From the human T2T-CHM13v2.0 reference genome, Homo sapiens: DNA of 64,000 nucleotides. The notes beneath the pieces were generated by a model. That model saw only the letters and a program-made list of their open reading frames with translations. It was not told where the DNA came from and made no database searches. The position numbers were made by a program, and so were the translations under genes. Within the stretch, counting starts at the first letter, position 1. Every line of letters begins with the position of its first letter. Shown here in pieces: positions 1 to 57,300 of the stretch. The stretch lies in assembly GCF_009914755.1 (NCBI RefSeq), contig NC_060941.1. The stretch is one strand, 5' to 3'.

Positions 1-80
1 AAATATTCCAAAATCTGAAAAAATCCAAAATCTGAAACACTCCTGGTCCCAAGCATTTTGACTAAGGGATACTGAACCAT
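1..80. mobile_element. End of a Tigger4/MER46-like DNA transposon
   Basis: GTCCCAAGCATTT...AAGGGATACT terminal motif. Confidence 0.6.
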
Positions 81-273
81 TATGGTGTTTACAACATAGG
101 GGCTATGGATGAAGGGGGCCACCACTTAAATTTCTCATTTTTGACATTTTTCTCCTTTCTCCTTAAAAAGAAAAGTCTAATTTATCTGTATCATCTTGGA
201 AGAATCTGTCATTTGGTGACTTACACACTTGTAGCGTTTATCTGGTATTCATTTTACCTTGGAAAAATCCAGA

Positions 274-560
274 ACAGCACTGTTTAAAATAACTTTCAGC
301 AATGATGGGAATGTTCTAGATCTGTGCTGTATAATTCAGTACCCATAAGCCATATGAAACTACTGAGCACTCAAAATGTGTCTACGTTAAGTATGGAATA
401 ATTTTTAAATCAATTTAATTTTAATTTTAATAACCATATGAGACTATTGAGTACTTGAAATGTGACTAGTATAACTGAGGAATTTTTAAATTTCATTTAA
501 TTTTAATTAGCTTAAATAGCCACATGTGGCTAGTGGCTACTATATTGAACAGTTCTGGCC
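274..560. mobile_element. MER3-like hAT MITE with internal duplication
   Basis: AGCCACATGTGGCTAGTGGCTAC motif; the CCATATG..ACTA.TGAG.ACT..AAATGTG block occurs twice (~350 and ~433). Confidence 0.65.
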
Positions 561-749
561 TAGAAGAATTCTGAGATATTATTTATATCAATTCTCTCTT
601 TTTTTTTTTAAGAATTGAGAAAACAAAGCCCATTAATCCACAGCTTACTTCTGGTTACTCATTAATATAAAATTACACTTTGAAATTTTGCAATATCGAT
701 AAAATTGCACATAAAGCGCGGAGCATGGCCACAGTTGCAAGAATCTTAC

Positions 750-22150
<21,401 letters not shown>

Positions 22151-23010
22151 CGCCCCGCCGGGCCGGGGCCTCGCCCCCCGAGCCTAGCTCTCCCACACCG
22201 TTCTCGATCCCTCCCCGGCCTTCGCCTCGCCCTGCCCGCTCCTGCCGGCGCCCATCCGCCGCGTACCAGGGACCGTTGGCGCACGAGGCCCCGCGGCGCC
22301 TCCCAGCGCGGCCAATGGGGCCTCGAGTTCCCGCCACGCGGCGTGGGCACCTCCCCCTCGGCGGCCGCGTGCCCCAGCTCGGCCCGCCGGACGCCTGCGG
22401 GACCCGGGCAGGAGCCCCTTCCCCAGGCGTTCCCAGACTTCAGGCCGGGAAGGCTGTCTGCCGGGGTGTTCTAAGTCCTGACAAGAGAGAAGCCCAGTTA
22501 TCCACCGTGGAATACCAAGAGGCGTGTGTTTCGGCCCAGCCAACTAGTGGAGACTTGGAATGCAGAGAAAGTGTGCGTTAGGCAGCAGAGTTGGTCGTTC
22601 TGGGGACCAAAGGGTCTGGTCTGTAATCTTTGCTAACAGTGGAACTGCTTACCTCTCAAACAAAAATGATGCTACTGGAGGTATAATATCTTGAGTAAAC
22701 GAACTCACCTTTTAGATAGTAGCCCTTTGTATCTTTTAAGATACACTCTTTTAAGTCAGTATTTGTTCAAGACAATTTACTCAAGGTTAGATGAAAACTG
22801 AGGTCCCTAGGAGGAGGGAATCACAAGAATCTAAGTACTATCTTGTGTGCCTGCCCAACTAGCTGGTGGCATTTTAGACATTAAAGAGAAATAAAGATGG
22901 GACAGAATTCTACGGTATCCATAAGAATCGATCCCTAGCCAATCAATAAATAAGAATGTAACAAGAGCTGTGCTGATTCAAAAAGAGAGGTTCATTTGAA
23001 AACGGAAATT

Positions 23011-48278
<25,268 letters not shown>

Positions 48279-50450
48279 GGTCGCGGGCGGTCTGGGCCAG
48301 CGCACATGTCCCCGGAGCCGCTGCGCTGCCCGCCAGCCCCGGGCGCCCGCCGCATCCCGGCTGCGGGGCTCGCCAGGTGCAGCCGCGGCGGCCAAGAGGC
48401 TAGGGCGCTGGTGGCCGGGCCTCCGCGCGGCTCCCGCGCGCCTCTCCCCTCCTCTCCACAATGGAGCGGGCCCAGCTCCGCCCTCCCGCACGAGTGCAGA
48501 AGGGAGGGGAGCCAGGCGAGGGGAGAGCCCGGGACCGCGGCGGGAAGGCGGAGGTAGAGGCGGGGCGGCTCCGCGGGCCCCGCCCACAAGCCCAGCCTCC
48601 TCCCTCCCCGCGGACCCTGGGCCTCGTAGGAGGGCGTACCCTACTCCAGGGACCTTTAGGAGCTTTCAGGAATCTGGGCTACGGGACCGCCCACATCTTC
48701 TCATTTCCCTTCTTCTAAGGTGAGCCACCCCATGCCCTCTTACAAACCCATCCCCGCGCCCCCTCCCCTAAGTTCCCCCGACGCCTGCTCTGGATCCCAA
48801 GGTGGAGCTCACCTACCCGCACCCCATTTGCTTCCTCCTTTCCCTCCAAAACCACTACCCACCATGCCCCTGCCCATCAGGGTCCTTCAATCCCGTGACT
48901 TCGTTAAACCTTTCTTTCCCCTTAGAATGGTGCCAGGTTAGTCATTCCACGCTCCTGGAAAGGGAAATGAGCTTTTTATTCCAACGCCCCTACCCAACCC
49001 TACTCCTTCAGCTCCATCTCTCCCTTGTTTCACATTCTGATCTCTGGGTAAGAAAGCCCTTCTTGGAGGAGAAAGGATTTCTTAGTCTGGGAAAGTGAAG
49101 AGCTAGAAGTATCGACCACAGAAGCTATACAAAAAAACGAAACTTGAAACCCAGGAGCAGCGGAGTAGAGAGAGTTGGGTAGAGGGCCAAGGAATAAGGA
49201 CCAGGAATAAGGGGCTCAAAATGTCACCAAGAGTCACAGAGGGAGGTGGCTGGAACCCCAAACTTCCTGCACCTTGTAACTTTCAGACACCAGGGCTTTT
49301 GTCTTGTTTGGGGGAGAAGGGAGTAATAAAAGAAAACCTGACATTTTATTAAGCATCTACAATGAGCCAGGCAGTTTCTAACATTATCTCAGTAAAACTT
49401 TTCAAGCCCCAAGAAGTAAACCTTATCCTGTCTTACTCGTGAGACTCAAGCTTAGAGAGAAAGTATGTAATTTAACTAAGTGGTGGTGCTAGGATTTGAA
49501 ATTAGATGAAGCTGACTGTGAAGCCCATGCTCTTTTCAGGGTAGCCCAGAAGAGAAAAAGAGGAGCTATCTGTTGGTGGGGGCCAAAACCAGCAGGCTTT
49601 CTGAGAAGAGACTGAACCAACAGTGCACACACCAAATCCACATGTCTATGGAAGGAAGGGAGGGAAGGAGGAAATCCTCTCATCTACTGAATTCTTTAAC
49701 CTGCCCCTAAGCACAAGGGACACCTAAAAGACACCGAAGAGATACTACCAGGTTAAGGGCCTGGTCTGGGCCAGGGCCTACAGCTCTCTAGGCCTTTCCC
49801 ATCTCACTGCCTCCTCCTAGCTCTTAGGAGTTAAGGGCTTCCCTGGACTTGGGGTGAGAGAAGGGCTGTTACAGTTAATGGAAAATTAATAGGATCATTG
49901 TAAACCACCTCTGGTGATATTCTGGGCACCCTGAAGATGCTATCCTGATAGATATTCAATCAGCTGTCACCTGTAGTGGCTTAACAGCAGCACCCTGGAA
50001 CTAGAGAAGCCCCACAGTTTTGGTGGAGTCACTCCTGATATAGCATCCACAATATTCAAAGGACCCACCAGAAGTCCAAAGATCTTGAGATAAAGAAGGC
50101 CCAGCTTTTCAGACCAGAACACAGAGATTCTACCGGGGACCCAAGAAAAGCAAGAAGAGGGCTGTTATGAAGGGTTAATAGAACCAGTGGTGGGTAGGGA
50201 GTAGGAGGAAAGTGTGGGGCCTAGCACATGCAGAAAATGATTTCTAGAAGCTTCCAGTCCCAGTGCTGTATACTGGCTGATGTTTTGCAATCTAAAGAAA
50301 CCCTAATTTATCTCCAGGGCAGATGAACATGTTTAGGAGCTGAACAGGGTAGCCTGGAGCTCAAGGTCTAGGACAGGTGGGGCAGCTTCACAGAGAAAGA
50401 CACATGGATTACAGAAAACACAATGGCCTGAGGAAAGACAGGGTACTCAC

Positions 50451-50489
50451 CATTCTACCGTGGCAAGGGTACTGGCTGCCTGCTTCTCA
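50451..50489 (-). other. MTMR4: MTMR4 alternative 39-nt exon ending in ATG (MGEEGPP..., 1195-aa isoform)
   Basis: ctccttacag|TGAGAA...AGAATG|gtgagt; the ATG joins exon 2 in phase 0. Confidence 0.85.
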
Positions 50490-51499
50490 CTGTAAGGAGA
50501 CAGAGGAACATAAAAGTAAAGGACCCCATTAACATTACCATAGAATCAACAAATGACACACATCTACCCCTGACCTTCTCTACAACTCTTATTCTTCTCC
50601 CTCACAGAGACTCCAGTCTCTCCACAAGTCACCATGCCAGAGAGAGGCAATGGGAGCTACATGAGGAGAAAGCAACAAGTGATCCTGCAGGGCATGAAGT
50701 CAGCCATGAAGTTCTGAAACAGGAATGAGTGTCATCCAAGATTATTCAGCAGAATTCAGGAGTCCTGATTTCCAGACGCAGAGGGAGAACACTTCTTTCT
50801 CAGGGAGCAGAACTGCCAACTATGAAGAGACACAGGCTGCCCAACTGGGGCTCATTTTAGGCCCTGACTCTTGGGGTGAAGTGGCAGTAGTTGAAGGAGC
50901 ATGAATCCACAGGAATGTTTTGCCAGTCTCTGAGTCTGGGAGTAGTACCCACCTGACCTGTTTACTGGGAGCAGAGTCCAGAGTGGGACAAGAGGGAGGG
51001 GACCACAACCTGTGATCAGAGGGCAGCAGGGCTGCACAGGTCCTGCTGAGTGTATTTGACACCAAGTGGGGTGGAGGTTATGGAGAGGAGGCCACACAAC
51101 AGGGACAGAATCAGGCCAATCCAGGCCTTGGAGTCAGCATCTGTCCAATGAGCCCAAGTAACAGGGATTTCAGGATAGGGCCTCCTAGGCTCACTTAGGG
51201 AGCCAGGCCTAGGTTTCACTGACACTTTCCTTCATGCCTGCTTTCCTCAGGCAGTGCAGCAGAGCCCTGCGGGAGGCTGCGGGGATAAAAGCCTCCATCT
51301 GTGGTACTGCCCACCTCCCTGTTCACAGTATCCTCTTCCCTAGGCCATTCTCCCTCATGGGGGAACCGGCAAGAGGCAAGCCAGAGGTGCTGCCTCACCG
51401 CCCACTGGCAGCAGCCCCAGGGAAGGAAGGGAGGGAAGGAGGGACAAGGATCAGGCCTGGGAGGCCCAGGGTTTTCAGACCTAGGGGATCTGGTCCCAG

Positions 51500-52260
51500 G
51501 GGGCGGGCCAGGTTGGCAGGGGAGCCCAGGTGCCCAGGTTCTAGGGGCGGAGCCTAAAGACTGGGAGGCGGAGCCCCAAATGACAGAAGGCGGGACTCAG
51601 GAAAGCCGGTGGGGGCCAGGGCGGAGCCGGGCAAGACGCGGTCGTTGCGGTTCCCAGGCTTGCAGTGCAGGGGGCACGGTGACTCACCCAGGCGGCGTCC
51701 GCCCGACCCTCTGAGGCCGCGCTCTTGCCACTTCCGTCTCCCGCAGCTGCTGAGGCCGCGCAGTCCCGACCCCACCACAGTGCCCCTCTCCTGAACCAAT
51801 CATATCTCTAGCCTGTACCCGCCCTGGCCAATGGCCACGCCAAGTCCCGCCCTGCCCCCATCACGCAGCCACCGCCCTCACTCTCGACCCCACTCATTGG
51901 TCGAGTCGGGCAAACGCCCTCCCAGCCTTTAGCCAATCGGATGCCTAAAGACGAGACTATACCTGGAGGAAGGAGGCGCGGCGCCGGAGGGGAGACGCGA
52001 CCAATGGGAAATCACAGCGCGTCCTTGCGGCAGCCAATAGGAGAGCAGTAAAGAGGGGGCTGCTGGCCACTGCTCTGGGGACCGGAAGTGGAGGCGGCTC
52101 GTCGCCTACTGGTAGCGCAATTAGAGGCGGGCATTGTAGGTTACATGCCTAAAGCCACTTCCGGTGATGGCCCCGCCCAGGAGGTACTTCTGAAACAGGT
52201 CCCCAGTGGCACCTCAGTTTATCCATTCCCGTTTTGGTTTCGCAGCTGTCATCCGGTCCC
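51500..52260. promoter_or_regulatory. MTMR4 distal GC-rich promoter with six CCAAT boxes, GC boxes and ETS sites
   Basis: CCAAT/ATTGG at 51796, 51828, 51896, 51933, 52001, 52034; GGCGG boxes 51501-51628; CCGGAAGT 52082-52089 and ACTTCCGG 52157-52164. Confidence 0.8.
51688..51775 (-). other. MTMR4: MTMR4 distal non-coding first exon
   Basis: Donor CTGG|gtgagt at 51687, just downstream of the CCAAT cluster; 5' end approximate. Confidence 0.7.
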
Positions 52261-53179
52261 AACGCCAGAATAGGAGAAAAACCTGCAGGCTAAGAGAGAA
52301 GGGAGGGCTGGGCCTGAGGTTCAGTCTTGGTCATCTCCGACTGGCGGCGCTAGGATTTCCCCCTTCCTGTGTCTTGATGGGTTCCTCCAACACTCACTTT
52401 GTATCGATAAACGACCCTGCAGTTCTTCACGACCTGCATTGCGCTGGCAGTCCTGAGTGAAGAACTCTCCTCTCATCCCAGAGATGGGAAACCTGGATCT
52501 GAGACTGCCAGCTAGCTGCGGCCTCCTAGTCTGTAAAGCGAAGGGAGACCAGGACGCTCCCAAGGACCCGGCTTATCGCCCCTCCCTTTCCTTCCCGGGG
52601 ACCCAGAACAGACCACAAGACGGAGGGTGGCCGCTGGAGGTCGCCGTGGCCCCGCGATACCACCAACCGACAGAAATGGAGAACAGTTGATTCAGATTCA
52701 GCTGATATTCTCAGGTCTGGAGCGGGCCTGAGCGCTTTAATTAGCCCGGGGCTAATGTCCTCACCCATCTTTGTTTATAGAACGTTGAAACTCCAGTACT
52801 GTTGGTAAGTTCCAGGAAGACAGGAACTTTGCACTACTTGAACTCCAGGGTCTAGAACAGCCTGCAATCTAGCAGATGCTGTAAATTTTTTAATTAAATA
52901 CTGAACTCCTGTAGGACGGTGATTGTGTTTTTATTCATTCCCAGCACTTACTATAGTGTTTGGTGATTACAATGGCTGCAGCATTTGTTCAAAGCTCTAT
53001 CACAGGCTTTCTACAGTGTAGAGCTTAACCTGCCTATCCCTTTTCCCAGATCAGGGGAAACAGAAAGTCAGGAGGTTGCACGCAGTTAATACCTTGTGTT
53101 TTCCCAAGGGCAGGTATCAAATACAAAACTGCGTCCGCCGCAGCTGGAATACGCACAGGCATCAAAATGGGGCCTTTTG

Positions 53180-53452
53180 GGCCGGGCGCGGTGGCTCATG
53201 CCTGTAATCCCAGCACCTTGGGGGGCCGAGGCGGGCGGATCTCAAGGTCAGGAGATCGAGGTCATCCTGGCTAACACGGTGAAACCCCGTCTCTACTAAA
53301 AATACAAAAAATTAGTCGGGCGTGGTGGCGGGCGCCTGTAGTCCCAGCTACGGAGTCTTGTAGTCCCAGCTACGGAGCTTGCAGTGAGCCGAGATAGCGC
53401 CGTTGCACTCCAGCCTGGGCGACAGAGCGAGACTCCGCCTCAAAAAAAAAAA
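53180..53452 (+). mobile_element. AluY with an internal deletion and a 19-bp duplication
   Basis: CpG-rich, AluY-type GAGATCGAG..CATCCTGGCTAACACGG; TGTAGTCCCAGCTACGGAG x2. Confidence 0.9.
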
Positions 53453-53508
53453 GGGCAGGGGGGACTTTTGGACAGTCCTTTAATATTGGGGAAGTGCCCC
53501 AAATTTCT

Positions 53509-53732
53509 TTTTCTTTTTATTTTTCTTTTTTTTTTTTGAGACGGAGTCTCGCCCTGTCACCCAGGCTGGAGTGCAGTGGCGCCATCTCAGCTCACTTCAA
53601 GCTCCGCCTCCCGGGTTCAGCCATTCTCCTGCCTCAGCCTCCCGAGTAGCTGGGACTACAGGCGCCCGCCACCACGCCCGGCTATTTTGTATTTTTAGTA
53701 GAGACAGGGTTTCACTTTCTCCTTAGCCAGGA
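53509..53732 (-). mobile_element. 5'-truncated AluY with 18-bp TSD
   Basis: TSD GAAGTGCCCCAAATTTCT at 53491-53508 and 53733-53750. Confidence 0.92.
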
Positions 53733-53848
53733 GAAGTGCCCCAAATTTCTAATCCCTTAAGCCAGGACCTTGGTAGCCCTGAGGTGTGATGGGAGACTCT
53801 GGACAGAACCACCTGTTGACCTATCCAGGACCCAAATATGCACCACAG
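53710..53848 (+). ncRNA. SEPTIN4-AS1: Probable first exon of antisense lncRNA SEPTIN4-AS1
   Basis: Plus-strand donor CAG|gtagga at 53849. That a lncRNA starts near here is recalled, not shown by the sequence. Confidence 0.4.
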
Positions 53849-54138
53849 GTAGGAATCTTTTTATTACCAAAGGTACTGTATGTGTGAAAGATGGAGAGAG
53901 ACCCAGACCCCAGATAACAGAGGCATGATAGATATGATCGTCAAGATGGAGAAGCCAGGCTGGATTCTAAGCAGGGACTTAGAAGGGGAAAGGAAGTGGA
54001 AAGTTTTCCCCACTCTCCCTTCCCTACTAAAAGCCAGAAACCAACATCTTCTACCATTAGCCTTTCAAAACTGGGTCCCAGGATCTTGATCTCCAGGTCA
54101 TAAAAATACACACAGGGACACCAGAAGCCACCTACAGA

Positions 54139-54154
54139 TTTATTAAACTTTATT
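54139..54154 (-). terminator. SEPTIN4: SEPTIN4 tandem polyadenylation signals
   Basis: Two AATAAA at 54149-54154 and 54139-54144. Confidence 0.85.
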
Positions 54155-54296
54155 TCCTCTGAGTCTCTGGGCAGTCAGCAGGGATGTAAGGCGAAGTGGC
54201 AGTAGCTGAAGGGGCCTGAGCAGAGCTGGTGCTGGGAGGGGCCGGCATGGACAGGAAGAAGAGGAGGAGATTTAAATATCCAGGGCTGAAAGCCAG

Positions 54297-54356
54297 TTAA
54301 TAGTTCTCCTTCATCTGTTTTTGTATTTTGTGTAGCATCTCCTGCATCCGCCGCAG
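54297..54356 (-). CDS. SEPTIN4: SEPTIN4 last coding exon LRRMQE...KENY-TAA
   Basis: 60 nt. Confidence 0.95.
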   Translation of the reverse strand: MRRMQEMLHKIQKQMKENY

Positions 54357-57300
54357 CTGGAATAGGCACAGGCATCAAAATGGGGACTTTTGGAGAGTCC
54401 TTTAGTATTGGGAAAGTGCCCCAAATTTCTAATCCCTTAAGCCAGAACCTTGGTAGCCGTGAGGTGTGATGGAGACTCTGGACAGAACCACCTATTGACC
54501 TATCCAGGACCCAAATATGCACCAGAGCCAGGGATCTTTCTATTACCAAACAAAGAGATACCAACGTTGGTGATCAAACAGGAGACCTCCCCTATACCCC
54601 ATACTGCTCTCACCTCCTCATCTTTCTCTCGGATAAGCTTCTCAGTTTCTGGATCTGTCCCTGGTGGGACAGCAGGGATGGGGAAGTCGGTACCACTTTC
54701 CCGAGTCAGTTTGCTAAAGGGAGAAAGGGTTGATAAGGCGAGGAGGACCCCAGCACCCGCTTAGATTGAGCCCAGGGCCTATAGAAGAACAAAAGTAGGG
54801 CTTGGTCTCACCCAAGGCTAGGCTTGGGATCTCCCCCTGCCAGCTTTGTCCTGGCTTCTGGTCATACTTGCGATTCCGTTCCTTCACCACCAGGCGGGTC
54901 ATGCTCTGGATGCACTGTGCCCGGTAGTTCTCATAATGTGTCTCCCGCGTCACATCCTTCAGGTCCTGCATGTGGGTACGTACCAGCATTGTCCTCAGCT
55001 TCACAAAGTCGCAGTGCCCTGGGTTTTCCACTGCATAGCAAGGCTAGGGGTCAGCCAGAGGCATAGGTAGGGGAGAGCCACTGAGGGCAAGGAGATACCC
55101 TGGTCACAGGCTCAGTGCTTTACCTTCCACGATGCCCCAGGGGTAGAGTCGACCCCGAACTCGCCGCCCTCTGGCCTCTACTACAGTGTTGCTGCCAATT
55201 ACTGCAAATGGGATGCTTTCCTGGAAGAGGTTAGGGGTGCCTGTCAGCACCCTCTGTTCTCACCTCTTTCTTTCCACCTGTATCGTCATCTTCTCTGCTT
55301 CATTCTAGGAAGCCAGGGTCCTTTCCCACCCTGATAGCCTGAATATAGAATTCTACTCCCTTTTTCTACCCGGAAGAAATAAGATAGGAATGGGATGCCC
55401 TAGAGTGGCCCCACCTTTAGGGCTTGGTCCTGCAATTTGAAGTCCTCATCCTCATCAGAGTCACAGTCTGGGAATTGATAGATCTTGATTCCAAAATGCT
55501 CAATCTCCTCCCGGATCTGACAAACAGATGAGGGGCCCACAGTTCTGGGGACCACATCCTTTCTAGAAGCCCACCTGATCCCCTCCCACCACCAGCTTCC
55601 CTCACTTTGCGTTTCTTGTGGTCCACTTCGGGAGGTGTCAGTGTGTCTGCCTTAGCCAGGATAGGCACGATGTTGACCCGCTGATGCAGGGCCTTCATGA
55701 ATTCAACATCCAATGGCCGGAGCCTGGGGAACAGGAACCTGTGACCACCTGCTAGTGGCAGCCCTGCCCCTGGTGCTCTTGGCCTGTTCCCTTGACAGCA
55801 CCCGGTGGTGCCAGGAGCCTCAGGCTTGGACCATACCCATGGCCGAAGGGTGAGATGAAGTACAGGCAGCAGTGCACCCTGTTGTCTTGGATGTTCTTTC
55901 GGTTCAGGCCACTCTCGTCTCGGAAATACTGCTCAAACTGCTGATCAATGTATTCTGCCACAGGCTTCCAGCTGGGGCAGGGACAGACAAGCAGAGAAAC
56001 TGTGAGAGTGGGAGCCACCTAGTGAGCTCTGGGACTACAGAGAAGTAGCCCACTCCCTGAGCAGTGTTTTTAAGACACTGTTATTCCCTGGCTTGCTTTA
56101 CTAAATCTTTAGAGAAATTCCTGAATGGGGTGGGGTGTATCTCACATGTCCTGATACAAAATTAGACTGAGTACTCAGGCAAGTTTAATAAATACTAGCT
56201 TGATGAGAGGGAAAGGGCCCAGGTGATCAAACAAAGCAGTAAGAATAGGCTGGGCACGGTGGCTTACCCCTGTAATCCCAACACTTTGGGAGGCCGAGGC
56301 GGGTGGATCACTTAAGGTCAGGAGTTTGAGACCACCCTGACCAACATGGTGAAACCCTGTCTCCACTAAAAATACAAAAATTAGCTGGGCGTGGTGGTGT
56401 GCACCTGAGTAGTCCCAGCTACTCAGGAGTCCGAGGCAGGAGAATCACTTGAACCCAGGAGGCAGAGGTTGCAGTGAGCCAAGATCATACCACTCCAGCC
56501 TGGGTGATGGAGCCAGACTGTCACAAAAAAAAAAAAAAAAAGAAGAAGAAGAAGAAAAAAAGAATAGCAAGGTGGCTGCAGGCAAATACCAACTGGAAGC
56601 CAGGGAAACCCTAAGTCAGGTTTCCAGTGTAACCTCAGAGCCTCTTTGCTCATGTGTTTCTACCCTTTCCTCTACCTCTCCAAACCCACTCCATCCTTCA
56701 AGGCCCTAAGAACCATCTCTTCCACGAAGTCTCCTTTGACTATACCAATACACACTGCTCTCCCCTTCTCTTCACTACAAAGCAAAACAAATAAATAAAT
56801 AAATTTCCCCAAGAACCTCAATTTTCATATCCTTTGCTCTTCTATTATCTTGTTTAATCCTCACTGCCCTGACAGGTGGACATTATGCATTATGATCATC
56901 ATCACTCTCATTTCATACATGAAGAAACTAAATCCAGAGCAGCTAACAGATTTGCTCCAGGCCAGGTGTGGTAGTTCACGCCTGTAATCCTAGCACTTTA
57001 GGAGGCCAAGGTAGGCTGATCACTTGAGCCCAGGAGTTCAAGACCAGACTGGGCAACATAGCGAGACCCCCATCTCTACAAAAAATACAAAAAAGTTAGC
57101 TTGGTGTGGTGGCATACACCTGTAGTACCAGCTACTTGGGAGGTTGAGGTGGGAAGATAACCTGAGCCGGGGGAGCCCCGGGAGGTGGTTGATCAGGCCA
57201 CTGCACTCTAGCCTGGGCAACAGAGTGAGAACCAGTCTCAAAAAAAAAAAAAAAAGAAAGGAGGAAGGAGAGGGAAAGGAAAAGGACTTTCTGTAGGTCA

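Larger units (their letters stand above)
53129..53871. repeat. Local duplicate of 54342-54550 (SEPTIN4 last intron plus acceptor), interrupted by two Alus
   Basis: Colinear near-identical pieces at 53129-53179, 53459-53508 and 53733-53871. Confidence 0.93.

Noticed and set aside
53117-53143. Possible CaaX prenylation signal on the LRRTQFCI tail
   Set aside because: The Cys is at position -2, not -4.
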